64,000 nt of DNA from Adineta vaga (Eukaryota; Animalia; Rotifera). A program made the translations under genes and the position numbers. Location of the stretch: contig CP075497.1 of assembly GCA_021613535.1 (NCBI GenBank), forward strand, positions 11,098,001 to 11,162,000, written 5' to 3'. Of the stretch, positions 37,698 to 51,584 are shown piece by piece (position 1 is the first letter of the stretch; every line of letters begins with the position of its first letter). The notes under the pieces are model-generated. The model saw nothing but the letters and a program-made list of their open reading frames with translations. It had not been told where the DNA came from and made no database searches.

Positions 37698-38766
37698 ATG
37701 TCGTCATCCTCAACTATCAATTTGATCACTGCTGTTTCAAAATATATGACGATTTGTCTCGGAATACCTTTCCTTATCGCAGGTCTTCTTGGTGCTTGTC
37801 TCAACATCATTGTCTTTCTTAGTCTCAAGACTTTTCGACAAAGTTCATGTGCTTTTTTCTTAACTATCATGTCATTTGTCAACATTGGTCAACTCCTGAC
37901 AGGTCTTCTCTCACGTATTCTCATCATGGATTTAACATCAATCTCACAGAAACATCATTGGCATACTGTAAATTTAGAAATTATTGTCTTCAAGTATGCA
38001 CATTAACATCCTATACATGTATGTGTTTGGCAACAATTGATCAGTTTCTGGCAACATCACTTCGACCTCGATGGCAACAGTATTTGACCATACGAAAAGC
38101 ATACTTGTTATGTATATTATTCTTTGTTATCTGGCTTTTGCATGGTATTCCAACTCTGATTTTGTACGCCCCTGTGTTTATATCTAGCATGAATACAGTT
38201 TTATGCATGACAACAAATTCAGTCTATCTGCAATATTACAGTTATGGTTTTGCACTTCTGCTTACTGGTGTCTTACCCATCGCAATCACTATAGTATTCG
38301 GCTCTTTAGCATATCGAAATGTTCGACAAATTCCTTATCGAACGATTCCATTAGTTCGACGAGAAATCGATAAACAACTGACATCAATGGTTCTTGTTCA
38401 AGTTATTCACAATATCTTTGCGATTCTCCCGACTACTGTGGTACAGATTGTATCCACGTTTATGTTAGTGTCTCCTCAATCTCAATCTTCGAACTATATC
38501 CTCTTAGGTTTTAGTAATGTTATTGCTGTTTTCACATATTATCTTTACTTTACAGTAAGTAAGAATAGTGAGAAGGTAATATTGACAATAAAAGTGCATT
38601 TCTATTCTAGAATCCATTTTATATCTATATTTGTGTATCAAAACGATTTCGTCAACAATTGAATTATGTTATTTGTACAATTCATAAAAAAGAAAGACAC
38701 GAGGAAGCAATTGCTGTTAATCATGTATCACCGATGTCGGAAATGAAAGAACTCGATAGAAATTAA
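37698..38766 (+). pseudogene. Orphan 7TM receptor G4 with a 1-bp frameshift (pseudogene or sequencing error)
   Basis: Nearly identical to G3 at the 5' end, but ATC AGT GGA reads ATC A-T GGA at ~37927, splitting the ORF. The rest is intact, including splice sites. Confidence 0.7.
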
Positions 38767-39343
38767 TTTCGTATTTTTATCTAATTCAATGTTTGTCAAA
38801 TATTTTAAACGCATATTTATCGTCAAATCTATTTAATCTTTAGTCTTGTTTCATAGTGAAGAAAATGAAACTGAAAAAAAAACACAAATAAACTATTCAA
38901 AATTAACGTTCTGTATCTTATTGCATATAAATTCTTGTGAGAAAATAAAATTTGCATTGCAATAAACCCTATAAAAAGAATTTTCAATATAAATCTTGCT
39001 CGTAACTGATACATTTGATCAAATTCATATTTTCAAGTGTCTATAATCTCGGAAAACCTTCGTCCCGTAGTTTTTGTAATTAAAAAATCTTGGTAGAAGT
39101 AATTAGCACCACTATATTTTTGTAGAAGACGTTGAAATGTATGAACTTTTCGAAGATTCTAGAAATACAAATGCAAGATCATCAATCAAAGGAATTATTT
39201 TCTTGTCAAAATTAATCCTCTTACTGTTTCGACGTATTCAGAGTTTGTCTTATTTTGTTTAAAATACTTCCACATAGAATTTAAGAATTCTCATTGCCTT
39301 AGTAAAAGACATTCATTTCTAGTAAAAATTTTGTCGATTTCAG

Positions 39344-40362
39344 ATGACATATTCTGTATTCAACCTTCTATCCCGATTATTTAGTAGTTATATTGGCGGT
39401 ACAATATTAATTGCAGGTCTTCTTGGTGCCTGTTTCAACGTCATTGTCTTTCTTAGTCTCAACACTTTTCGACAAAGTTCATGTGCCTTTTTCTTAACTA
39501 TCATGTCATTTGTCAACATTGGTCAACTCCTGACAGGTCTTCTCTCACGTATTCTAATCAGTGGATTTGACATCAATCTCACAGAAACATCATTGGCATA
39601 CTGTAAATTTAGAAGTTATTGTCTGCAAGTATGCACATTAACATCCTATACATGTATGTGTTTGGCAACAATTGATCAGTTTCTGGCAACATCACTTCGA
39701 CCTCGATGGCAACAATATTTGACCATACGAAAAGCATACTTGTTATGTATATTATTCTTTGTTATCTGGCTTTTGCATGGTATTCCAACTTTGATTTATT
39801 ACAATTTGGATAAATCACCTGTTTCAGGAAGAATGATCTGTGTTATAACAAATTCAGTTTACGACCTGTATATAACAGATGTTTATTTGATCATTTTGAC
39901 TGGCATTTTACCTGTCACAATCACTATAGTATTCGGATCTTTAGCATATCGAAATGTTCGACAAATTCCTTATCGAACGATTCCATTAGTTCGACGAGAA
40001 CTTGATAAACAACTGACATCAATGGTTCTTGTTCAAGTTGTTTACAATTTTATCGTCACAATACCTTATGTTAGTCTTGTAATCGCAATCTATTTTATGG
40101 AATTACGTGTAAAAATATTCATTGATGATGTTTTAAACTTCTGGTCGATATTAACCATTCTTCTTCAGTATCTTTATTATGCTGTAAGTATCATTGAGTA
40201 AAGTTTTTCATTGTTGACGTTTTTCTTTAGGGTTCATTTTATATCTATATTTGTGTATCCCAACGATTTCGTCAACAATATGTTCACGTCATTAGTGAAA
40301 TTTACATCAAATATCTGAAACGTCCAACTGTATTTGTTAATCAAGTAATACCAGAATCTTAA
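39344..40362 (+). CDS. Orphan 7TM receptor G5
   Basis: Family motifs; near-identical to G3 from ~39413 to ~40040; TM7 intron. Confidence 0.9.
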
Positions 40363-40913
40363 AATTGGAGAAAAGTAAATTAGACGGAATTATTCTTCTT
40401 CTTCTAATTGCTGTGGAATTAAAACTTGTATTCAATCGCGAATAAACTACGCCCATATTTTCCGGAAAACGCTTGTAATTGAATCATCAATGAAATAGAC
40501 AGATGTTCATCAATGACAGTAATATCACGCAAATATCTTTTAATCTACTCAACAATGACAAAGCTTTTTTCCTAATTGCACATATAGGCTAGAAACTAAA
40601 AAAAGACTCAACTTATGATTCTACATGAATTGAGATATCTGTATTTGAAATATTTCTATGATCGAAAGAAGTGAAAGAATAATGTTGAAACTTCAATTTC
40701 AACTGTGAAGTCATTTTGTCTTTATTATGTACAAAGAGAAGAAAAAAATCGTTTTTAAATGATTGTCACCCAAGGATATTTCAATTTGTGTCTATGTCAT
40801 CAAAATAAGCAAATACGAGATTGTTGTCTAACAGATATTTTTCTGTTAGATGAAAGAGAACGAATATGATACGTTTGTCAGATAAATTTGAATCATTTAT
40901 TAAAAAAAAGGAA

Positions 40914-42568
40914 ATGTTGAATCGTTGTATTTTTATTCTTCTATTTGTAATTATTCACGTTTCATCAAATCAATTACCTCGGTAAATGGCTGATTTTTAT
41001 CAAATGTTTTCGTAATAAATGTTTATTTGATAGGATTTTATGTTATCGAAAAACAGGCGTGATTGATAGAAATAATTATTCTCAAGGAGAAACTTATAAG
41101 AATTCATTAAGATTTATGGGCAAGACAAACTTAGTATCACAAACATTAATCAATCAAGCTAATGTATCTTTTAAAAGGCAAAGAAAAGAAAATCTTTACT
41201 TAGTTTTTAGTATTATTGGATTGGTTTAATTTCAATTGGTACACCAGGAAAAACTTTCATTATCGATTTTGATACTGGTTCAACAGATTTATGGATACCA
41301 TCTGTTCAATGTTATTCTACTTGTGGTTAGTGTTCTCTATAATTAATTTATAACTGTCAGATTTGATTGATTTTAGAAAATAAAGCGAAATACGATCCAC
41401 AAAAATCCAATACATCTCAATCGAATGGTGCTACATTTCGAGTTGTTTATGGCGATGGTTCGTATGTTCATGGTAATTTCATTAATGATACTGTCAATGT
41501 ATGAATCTATGATTGTTAAACACGAATTGATTGTTGAATTTGATTTAGATCGCAGGTTTATCTGTAGTCAATCAAGCATTTGCTCAAGCAAAAAATACGT
41601 CAGGTTTTAGTTCGTCAACATTCGATGGTGTTCTAGGTCTTGCTTATCCATCTCTTGGAACATCAGGACAAATGTCCATTTTTTATAATATGTGGCGACA
41701 AGGTTTAATAGTTCATCCAAGTTTTTCATTTTATTTCAATCCGTATGTTTTATTATAAATGATTGATGAAGAATTGAACTGTATTTTGGTTTAGCAATCC
41801 AAGTATCTATCCAGGCGGTGAACTAATTCTAGGTGGAATTGATTCAAGTAAATATTCCGGCTCAATTACATATGCAAATGTGATAATACCTGCATATTGG
41901 GAATTTCAAATAGAAAAGTATTGTCAATAAAAAGAAAGATTTCTCGTATGTTTTATTTTCTTATTGAATATCATTATAGTGTTCAAACAGATGGTCAAAT
42001 TATTTGTTCAGATTGTCGAGCTATTCTAGATACTGGTACGACATTAATTGTTGGACCAACAAATCAAATTGCCCTACTCAATCGTATTATTAATGGAAGC
42101 TATGATTCATTAACTGGATTGGTAAGATCATTGATTACAAGGACATTTATAGAAACGACTTTTCTATATTAAAAATAGTACACCGTCGATTGTCAAAGTC
42201 GATCCTTACGTTCATTTCCTGATGTTAATTTTCTAATTGGTAAAACAACATTTACATTATCAGCATTACAATATCTACTTATTTTAAATCTTAATGATGA
42301 TAAGTACATCTGTTATACAGTTTTTCAAGGAGTAAATCTACATGATAGTACAGGAAGTTTGATATGGATTCTTGGAGATTATTTTCTCAGTCGATTTTAC
42401 TCAATATATGATCTACATAATAATCGAATTGGTTTAGCTAAATCAATTACATATGATTATCTTCAATCATCTCCAAAATCTCTTTTTGGAAATACACATA
42501 TCAATACTCCACAATTATATCATTATCTATTGAATTTATTATTATTATTCGAAATATTGAGAAAATAA
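40914..42568 (+). CDS. Pepsin/cathepsin D-family (A1) aspartic protease with a hydrophobic C-terminal tail, multi-exon
   Basis: Signal peptide, [19 protein letters not shown], flap [32 protein letters not shown] and WILGDYFL. Confidence 0.92.
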
Positions 42569-43388
42569 ATATCCAGGATATATTGATGAACCAAAAAGAT
42601 AAAGAATATCTCTCGCTTATTAACCATGAATGATTATAAAAACTCAGATAGAATAATATGCATTGCCTTGTCGAGTATTGTAAAAACATAATTAGACGAA
42701 AAAAGAATTCTTTTTTACTTAAAAAATCTTTGACTGCTTGATCAAGCATAATATATGCTAGAATAACCTTAATTCTGCTTCATTTAAGATACATTAGAAA
42801 AGAAATGGAAATGTTGACGTCTTCTATCAGATCTAATATATCTTACTTTAATATAAAGAAATATTCTAATGATCTATATAAGAGAAGAAGAAGAAGAAAA
42901 ACAAAAAAGCCGATTTTTGTTTTAGAAATATCCGAGATTTTCTATTTCGATCTACTAATCTGACTATTGTAATAATAGAATTCTTCGGAAACAATTATAT
43001 ATGATTTAGAAGAAATAAATATTCATTTTACTATCAGATCAAAAAAGAGAAAATCCATTCGTAGCTAAGTGTCAATATGACTTGATTAAGTATTGGTTAC
43101 AGTTTCAATCTAATTAAATCAATTCTATTACTTTCAATAGAATATAAGATAGGAAATCCCTACTGATTTCATTCAATGACATAAAAAGATATTGCATGTC
43201 AATGGGATGTTATTGAAATTGTTTCTCATTTGTTTTCAAGATTATTAGGAAAAATCATCTCGAGAAAAGCTATTGTTAATTAATACTTGTCATTGACATT
43301 GACTTGTTTATAGAAAGAAAATCTTAACAAGAAAAAAAAAAGTTGTTTTCATTAAATATCTCCTAAGAAAAATTTTATTAGAATAAAT

Positions 43389-44606
43389 CTACTCATTTGA
43401 TGATACTCGTTGAGATGATAGGAGAGGTAATGAACATGGAACTGATGTATTACTTCCACGATCAAAATCAATGTCATGAGATTTAAGAGTTAATTTATAT
43501 GTTTTATGATTATTTTGGAATGTTGGTGTTAATTTAATTGATTCTCTTCGATCTTGTTCAATTCGACAACGATTATTCGATAGACCACAACATGTGATTA
43601 ATTGTTGCCAATAATGTAAATAACCAGCACGAAATTTGGAAGACATAACTCCATAGATAGCTGGATTTACACATGAATTACTCATAGCCATAAGATGAAA
43701 AGCAAAATAAACATGTGGAACATATTCTTGATGAAATATTCGATCGAGATATGGACTTAAGATATTAGTATATAATTGCATGGGAAACCAACAAACACCA
43801 AACATAATAACGACAACAAAACACATTTTAATAACTTTTTTTTTCGATTTTTTTATTTTAGCATCACGTTCTGAATGAGCTTCACCTGGTGCACGACTTT
43901 GATGTAATTGCCAACCAAGACGTATGTAAATGATGGTTAAAACACATAATGGAATTAAATAAATAATTGTTAATGTGGCAACATTATACGCGGCTTGAAT
44001 TGGTAGTGAAAGACCAACTGTTTCACAGATTGTTTGAGTATATTCTGTTTCATTGTTGTCGTCACGATGAAAACATTTATGACTAATATGCATATCGATA
44101 AAGATCGGTGAACTAAATACCAGCGAAAATGTCCAAAGAAGAGCAATCAATATTCGACATTGTTTTCTTGTTAATTTCGGTTTTAATGGATGAATTATCG
44201 CGATATAACGATCGACGGACATGGCTATTAATGTATAAACTGTACAAACAACAAAAACGGATTGTGTAAACGATGTAAATTTACACATTAATGTTCCAAA
44301 TGGCCAATCAGACAAAAGATAATCTGATATCAACACAATCGGAATACAAAAAAGACCGATAAACAGATCTGTTACAGCTAAATTAGCAATAAATAAGTTT
44401 GTCACTGTAATAACGCCCATAAAATGAAATACTATAAGACATACAAGAGCATTTCCACCGACAGTAAGAATACTCAATAAAGTATAGACAAAAACAGCCG
44501 TTGCTTGAAGATAAGGTGGAGGAATAGGTGGTGCAGGATCCATATAAGTTGCTCCATGTGGAGATGCATTACATACAATTGCATACGAGACATTCATTGA
44601 ATTCAT
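43389..44606 (-). CDS. Class A neuropeptide receptor, luqin/RYamide-receptor-like (tachykinin/GPR83 group), intronless CDS
   Basis: GN, NLAVTD, DRYIAIIHPL, PGEA...RD...SKKKVIKM, CWFP and HLMAMSNSCVNPAIY. Probable 5'UTR intron ~45138-44659. Confidence 0.85.
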   Translation of the reverse strand: MNSMNVSYAIVCNASPHGATYMDPAPPIPPPYLQATAVFVYTLLSILTVGGNALVCLIVFHFMGVITVTNLFIANLAVTDLFIGLFCIPIVLISDYLLSDWPFGTLMCKFTSFTQSVFVVCTVYTLIAMSVDRYIAIIHPLKPKLTRKQCRILIALLWTFSLVFSSPIFIDMHISHKCFHRDDNNETEYTQTICETVGLSLPIQAAYNVATLTIIYLIPLCVLTIIYIRLGWQLHQSRAPGEAHSERDAKIKKSKKKVIKMCFVVVIMFGVCWFPMQLYTNILSPYLDRIFHQEYVPHVYFAFHLMAMSNSCVNPAIYGVMSSKFRAGYLHYWQQLITCCGLSNNRCRIEQDRRESIKLTPTFQNNHKTYKLTLKSHDIDFDRGSNTSVPCSLPLLSSQRVSSNE

Positions 44607-47600
44607 GATTATCTTTGTAATACTGTTCGATTATTTATTTTCGACATAGACTTTGTTTCTACAAGAAGGAAAATAAAGATAAATAAAAACAAACAGAAAA
44701 ACTTTTGACAAGTAATAGAAAAGATGACACTTCATTTTTCTTTCCCTTTTGTTTCTCTTTATATTCTTTAATAGGACATCAAACAATTGACAGAAAAAGG
44801 AAAGTACTATGAAATAAATGCGTTCATTTAATTTGATTTCCATAGTCAAGAACCTTCTGGCTAATTTCACATAGTTAAGAATAAGTAACAAGAAAATAAA
44901 TGTATTCATCTATGTCAAATAATTTCATAAACGATCCTGTCTGTTACTTTTTTTCTTCTTCTTTTGACGTTAATTCCATTGAATAGGTTATAAATAGAAA
45001 ATGGGTTTCTTCAGTTGTTTTTCTTTCGATGGGATAGAAAAATAAAAGTGATCTATTTAACAACTCTAACAGAAGAGAAAGAAAACTGTTCTTTTTTGTT
45101 GTTTTCTTCTTCTTCTCTCTCGGTTTGCGTGTGCTTACCTCATTGTTAGAAAATATGAAAGGTTTTTTTCTCCCTTATTCTATACAATTGAATTCGTCTA
45201 TCGAACAAAAGATGTTGTGTATTATGAAAATTATTAGTATGTGACACTCGTCGTATCGATGTACATCCGTCTAATAGGGAACTATTGATTGCGATGAGTT
45301 AAAAAGAAGAAACACGGAGAGAGAGAGAAGAAAAAGAAAAACTCTTGTCTCGTATTCGGAGTCTATCGATTTGTTATTCTTTCTTTTTCTCTTCAGATAT
45401 TACAGAGACGAAAGAAAAGAACTATCCAAAACAACACTCTTTGATATATATATTTTCGAAAAATTTCAACAAAGATAATATTTCATAATCACATCTTTTT
45501 TCTTCTCTTTGTCTACAATGGTAAACTCTATGGAAGTAATTCTATTATTAAGAGAAGAAAAAAATGAGAAGTAAGAGAAAAGATAATGAAAGTTATTTAT
45601 ACTTATCATTATCAAGTTTTACTTCGGATATGAAAATGTGAAGAAACAAAATCATTAGTCAAAATGATTTGTATGGATATGAATAATACAGGGCTTTTTG
45701 TAACATAGAAAAATAACATTTTTCTTGTTAAAAATCTTTTGAAATAAGATGAGATAAAAGGCAAAAGGTACGAAGAAACAAGAAATGATAGGTCATTATA
45801 TGTTAGAACTTTTGCTATCGTCAATACTTTTCAGGTACGTTGAAATGAAGAGAAAAGAATAATTTTACAACACGAAATCTGTTTTTGCCATTTTCTCTCT
45901 TTTGATATTAACGAAAGAAATCATTGAACCATAAAAATAATTACGCAGAAAGACAACATAAGTTTTACGACGCAGATTACAAAGAAGATACATATATAAC
46001 AATGGAGATGAGAGAAATCATTGGGTCTGTCATATAATGTCATTGAATAAGAAAAAGTGAAGAGTTGAAGAAACTTTTTCTATAGATAAAGCTAAGAATT
46101 TCTACTACACGACTATATTAAGATTTGCTTTCCTGGAACGAATATTGCCTATTGATGCAAAACAGAACAATGACGGCAGTTGATGAATCTATTCGACAAT
46201 AATTGATCTTCTGATTATACCGAAAGCTTGTGTCATAGAAATGAATAATATATACTCTTTTTTACATTCTTTATCTAATAAATAAAATTTCCATTATTAG
46301 TGAAATCTAGAAGAATGACTTTCTCTCTCTTCTTCTTCTTCTTCTCTGTATCTTGCTGGTATAGACGTGACAGAGAGATGAAATAAGTAGTTCCTCTTCG
46401 GATCTAACTAGACGACTTTTTTTTCAATTAACATTTCCTGATGGTTTTTTTTTCTTTTTCTTTAAAATATACTACTACTTAATGAATATTTTCAAGTAAT
46501 GTCTCAATATGTCAATTCTCTTCGTCTTCTTTTTTTCATTGTATATCAATCTCGATGCCTAAAAAAGAAAAAGAATGTCTTTTAACACAAAAACAATATT
46601 AACTTATTTGCACGTATCATTGACGTACTGAGGCTCTAAGGACATGAAGAATGTATAATTAATTTGTTTACTACTATATATTACAGAATGCAGAAAAGAT
46701 ATCTATCTACAAAAGAATGATGATCGAAAAATAATAGCAAGTTGAATTCCTGATTAGAAGAAAAAAGAGAATACTGAAGAGATTTAATAGTTCGTTCTTG
46801 TTTTCATGTACTCAATAGAAAATGACGGAATAGTCTGTGTCTAACGAGAAGAAAAAGATAGTAATCAAAAGAAAATGTATACATAAGTTTATGTGAAAAT
46901 TGTCAAGCGTGACATAAATGAAAACAGATGTGCGTTGTTTTTTTTATGTATATATCAATTTAATAAATAAAATATGAAGTTAGAATGCACTCAAGTCTAA
47001 ACTATAAAAATTATTTGATGTCAAAAAGATCTTTTTGACATTTTATCTCCTCTACTAGTTAGGTTAAAATAACTCAGTCCATTTCATTCACTATTCTGTC
47101 TTTGACGTACATATCTTTTATCTTTTATGCAATGATAAGTACTTTCCTATTCCATTGCAAATGAAGTAATGAGTTTATTACTTGACATATAACTGAATCA
47201 AAGTAAGACAGTATCTTATCGGAAGATTGTTATGTTTATTAATTACGGCAGATGCGAGGGAAAATTGGTGGGACTGTCGGACAAACCGGAAATCAAAACC
47301 TATCGAACACGAGATAAACGGAAAGATGAGTAATCGTGCATGTTAATCAATTGAAATCGGTAAATAGAAACTAATGAATTGTTAAATTTCCTGTTAGTTA
47401 ATAACAGTTAATGATTAGGAAAAGACATAAACAAATATAAAATGATAAAATCAAAAGAAATTTTATTCACAATTTCAACTACCTTCACTTGCCTGATATG
47501 TTTTCTTTTCATAGAAAAGAAAAACAAACCTTGACTTTCTGTCGCTCTATTCCTTCGTTCGAGTAATTTTGTATGAATATCGTATTACAGAAAAAGTATA

Positions 47601-48581
47601 CATTTTTAAGTGATATCATGCTTACTTAATCTTATATAAGAATGAATCAATGACTGTTGGAATGTATTTACCAAATGCCATCGAATTTATACGGCGACAA
47701 AAAAAGAAACAACAAAATAGACGATTGCATAGAAAGGAATGATGAGTCAACTATTTTTATAAATTCCAAATAGAATCTTCAATAGATTCCAAGAAATTGA
47801 TATGATGATTAGTTTGTCATAAGCAATTAATCAAATTTATTTGAAAGATTGAGATTGCATATCAATCGCATATATTTCGAGATTCATTATGATTCTTTTC
47901 TTCAAAAATTGATTACACAAAAGAATAATCTAACAAATCAATGCATCAAGATTCCTTCTTTTTTCCTTCGATAAACTAAGACCTATTGTTTAAAACCGAC
48001 GAAAGATAAGCTTAATTATATATTTACAGTCATTTCCATGTGGTTCATGGGTAGATGCTCGCAGCAGGAAAATTAGTGAATTCATGAGCTTATTTCTATA
48101 TGTTGATCTTTAATTAAAAACAAAAATATATGTTCGACTGACCTTGAAAGATCTATGGTAGTATGAATAAGTTCATCGAAGAATTTTTCTCTGTCTTAGA
48201 AAACTAAATTAATTTTAGCGTTGACGTAGTTTGCAATCGTTTTCCATCATCTCTCATTCTATTGAATCTTGAACGCTTCAAATCATTTGACTCAATTGTA
48301 GTTCATATTATTAAACAAATTCAAATCCTGTATCTCAAATTTCCAATCTCAAGAGAAATCAAAAATCAAATATTTTCATCTTCTTGATATTTATATATCT
48401 TGACAAATGACATTCAATCAACTCAAATATTTCATACGATTTAGTTCAAAAAAAAACAACAACAACAACACATCTCGTAGAAGATTTACATTGCATTTTA
48501 GTAAATCATTTGTTCGTAATAATATCCTGTTCTATTCAAATGTATATAACTGAATAATCAGTTGTTTTATTTTTTCGAATT

Positions 48582-50555
48582 TTATATATTAGAATTTGCA
48601 TAATTTTCTTCACTGAATGATAATGCTTGAAAAAGACGATGTTTTCTTGGAAAGAAAAAGAAAGGTTTTTGTTTTTAGTTTTGATTAAAGATAAATATAA
48701 ACTTACGATTTCGTTGAGGATGAACGATTTCTTCCTGAACCTTTTCGATCACTACACCAATCATCGAGTTTATGTAAATCATTTAAAATAGTATCAAATC
48801 TAAATAAAAAAAAAAAAACTTCTTTAAATAAAGATATTAAGAAAACAAAGCGACATTCTCTTACTGTTGTTCAACATCAGTAATCGATTTTTCTAATGTT
48901 CGATCAATTTCTTGTAATTCTTTATCAATATTCATTAATTGTTCATCTTAAAGTACACGAGAATATATCATTTTCTATGTATTAAGATGGAACATACATG
49001 CTGGCGTTAGAGGAATACTGATAGCACCGGTTTGTACATTAACCTTTACAAAAAAAGAGAAGAAAAACGTTGTATCCAGAAAGATTCGATCTTTCATATC
49101 TTACATCATCAATAATTTCTAACGAAGAACATAATTTCGATAATTTTTCAACATAATTTTCTTCTTGTAATAGAAAAGGATTGTCAAGAATATTTAGAAT
49201 AAAAAGCGAATTTAATCGCGAGAGAATCTCCTAAAATAAAGAAAAGTCTATGCGACTTTTAGAAATCATATTTTCTTTCTTTACGATATTTTTCCAAGAA
49301 TTAATTTGATTATGAGATAAATTCAGACATTGTAATTCGATAAGTTTAGAAAATGAGTTTGGTAGGACACGAATTTGATTTTGAGCTAAATCAAGTTCAT
49401 TCAGATGAATGAATGATGACAGAATTTGAATATCTTGTATTTGATTATTTGCTAAACGAAGAAGACGTAATGATGAAAGACTTTTCAATGGAATTAAATT
49501 AATTAATTCATTATCGGATAAATCGAGATCAGTTAAATAACGAAAATTACGAAGTTGATTTGGTAAAACTTTCAAAGAACAATGACTTGCACGAAATTCT
49601 GTGATTGATGGAAGTGAATTTAAAAACTAGAAGACAAGAAGTATTGAGGAATTCAATCAACAAAGATAATCGTACATCGAGAGAATCAATTGGACAATCG
49701 GATATATCGAGAATTTTCAATTGAGATAATTTCGATATTTCTTCTGAACGAATGAAAGTTAATTTATTTGAATCAAGACGAAGTGTTTGTAAACGAGTGA
49801 GATAAACAAGACCATGACCTAAGAAATGAAAAAGTCAATGAAATAAATCAATGACAAGAGAATTTCTACCGATTTTTTCAATTTCATTATATTGTAATTG
49901 AAGAGTTTGTAATTGAATTAAACTAAATAAATTCAAATGAATCTGATTTAATCTTTTTCAATCAATAAATACCACTCAAGATTTTCAATTTGTTCAATTT
50001 GATTTCCATATAATTTCAGTTCACGTAAATTCTAAAGAAATGCTTCATCATTCTCTTTTGACAAATAATATAAACTTTAACTTACTGTTAAAGTTCGTAA
50101 ATTATCGATACATGTTAGATTATTGCACGAAAGATCAAGTACTTGTAATTTATTAAACTAATCAAAGTAGAAGAAAATCAATCGAACAATCGTCTCCTCT
50201 ATCGAATTACTTGCGATAGATTTGGTATTGTTGAAAGATCTCGTGCATGAAAACAAATCTCATTGACCATGGCTGGATGAAGTTTTTTGACATTATCCGG
50301 CTAGATAAATGAAATGGTATTTTAAGCAAATGAAAATGATCGATCAGATCTTACGAGTGTATCATCAAGTAAAGGTGGAGTTTGACAAGTCGTTAAGGGT
50401 TGAAGACGATCAACTTTCGGTTTTAATGATGTCGGTGAAGCGAAACCACATGTTTTCGAACGAGAAAAGATCGGAGTGTGTTTTGACGATCCAACCGAAT
50501 GTGTACGTACAGTCGAGGAATTCCCTGATGAACATCGTTTAGAATTCGATGACAT
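48582..50555 (-). CDS. SDS22-like leucine-rich-repeat protein, multi-exon
   Basis: MSSNSK start; repeats LQVLDLSCNNL, LRELKLYGNQI, LQTLQLQYNEI, LQTLRLDSNKL, LTDLDLSDNEL and LQCLNLSHNQI; LRRcap-like DNPF...LEIID; ends RLFQALSFSEENYANSNI*. Confidence 0.82.
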
Positions 50556-50625
50556 GAAATTAAAATCTACAAGAAAAAAACAAACAAATGAAAAAAAAGG
50601 AAACCTGACAGAGTTATTGTTTCTT

Positions 50626-51513
50626 TTAGAAATTAAAATCATCATATTCTCGAACAAGTTTTAATGTTATTTGAAGTGAACATTTTTCTTTATCCCATTT
50701 TGCTTGAGAATCATCTGGATCAACAGGATGAGGTAAAGATAACATCAATCGACTAAATATTCAGAATAAAATTCAATGAAAACAAAGAAATGCATATCTA
50801 TTTACTATTTTGGACAACGACAATCAAGAAATGTTTTAGTTATATCTAAAATAATATCAGCTAATTTTGTATCGGGTAATTGTATATTAATCTAAACGAA
50901 AATTTCATTTACAGAAAATATATCTTTTGCTTTCAGTGACTTACAACAAGATCTTCACAACTAGCTGATGAAGGATTTTTATTTCCCATCTGAAGGAAAA
51001 CATCTTCTGTCGTTATTCGTTGTTTGTAATGCATTTCATATCTTAAAAAATCCATGAATGAAAAATAAGAAACATCGAATCAAATAGATTTTACTCTGGT
51101 TGAGGACGTCGATCAATTTCATCCTGAGTTTTTACATTACTTTCAGGTACTTCATGAATTTGCCAAATATCTTTCGAATGAGCAGTTGATGGTTCTGAAT
51201 ACAAACAAAAACAACCCAATTTATTGAAAGAATAAAATTGATTCGATTGATTTACGTTTAATAGTTGTTTTCGAAGTAGCCTCAACGATATTATTGGCAG
51301 TCTTTTGTACTTGAGAAACAAAAGTTGCAGGAGTTAATTGAGCATTTGCATTTTTCTTTGGCTAGAGTATTGATATTGAAAAAAATAAAAAATAAAATTT
51401 CAGTGATTTCGTTTTGTTCCTACTTGATCATCTTCATCGCTGTCAGAATCATCTCCATTTCGATTCGCTTGTTTTAATAAACTAGCTAATTGATTTATTT
51501 GGAAACCCGACAT
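50626..51513 (-). CDS. DNAAF6: Dynein axonemal assembly factor 6 (PIH1D3), multi-exon
   Basis: LASLL...DSDSD, KDIW, DRRPQPEYEMHYKQRITTEDVFLQMGNKNPSSASCEDL, LSLPHPVDPD and AKWD...LKLVREYDDFNF*. Confidence 0.9.
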
Positions 51514-51584
51514 TCTTCAAGAGAAGAGAAATTAGCAAAGTATAAAATTAGATCATCGACATTTCGTATGACATGAAGTCAAGT

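Noticed and set aside
44607-48581. 4 kb without a gene
   Set aside because: Only AT-rich sequence and microsatellites were seen, consistent with the regulatory region of the neuropeptide receptor. No repeat or RNA gene could be supported.
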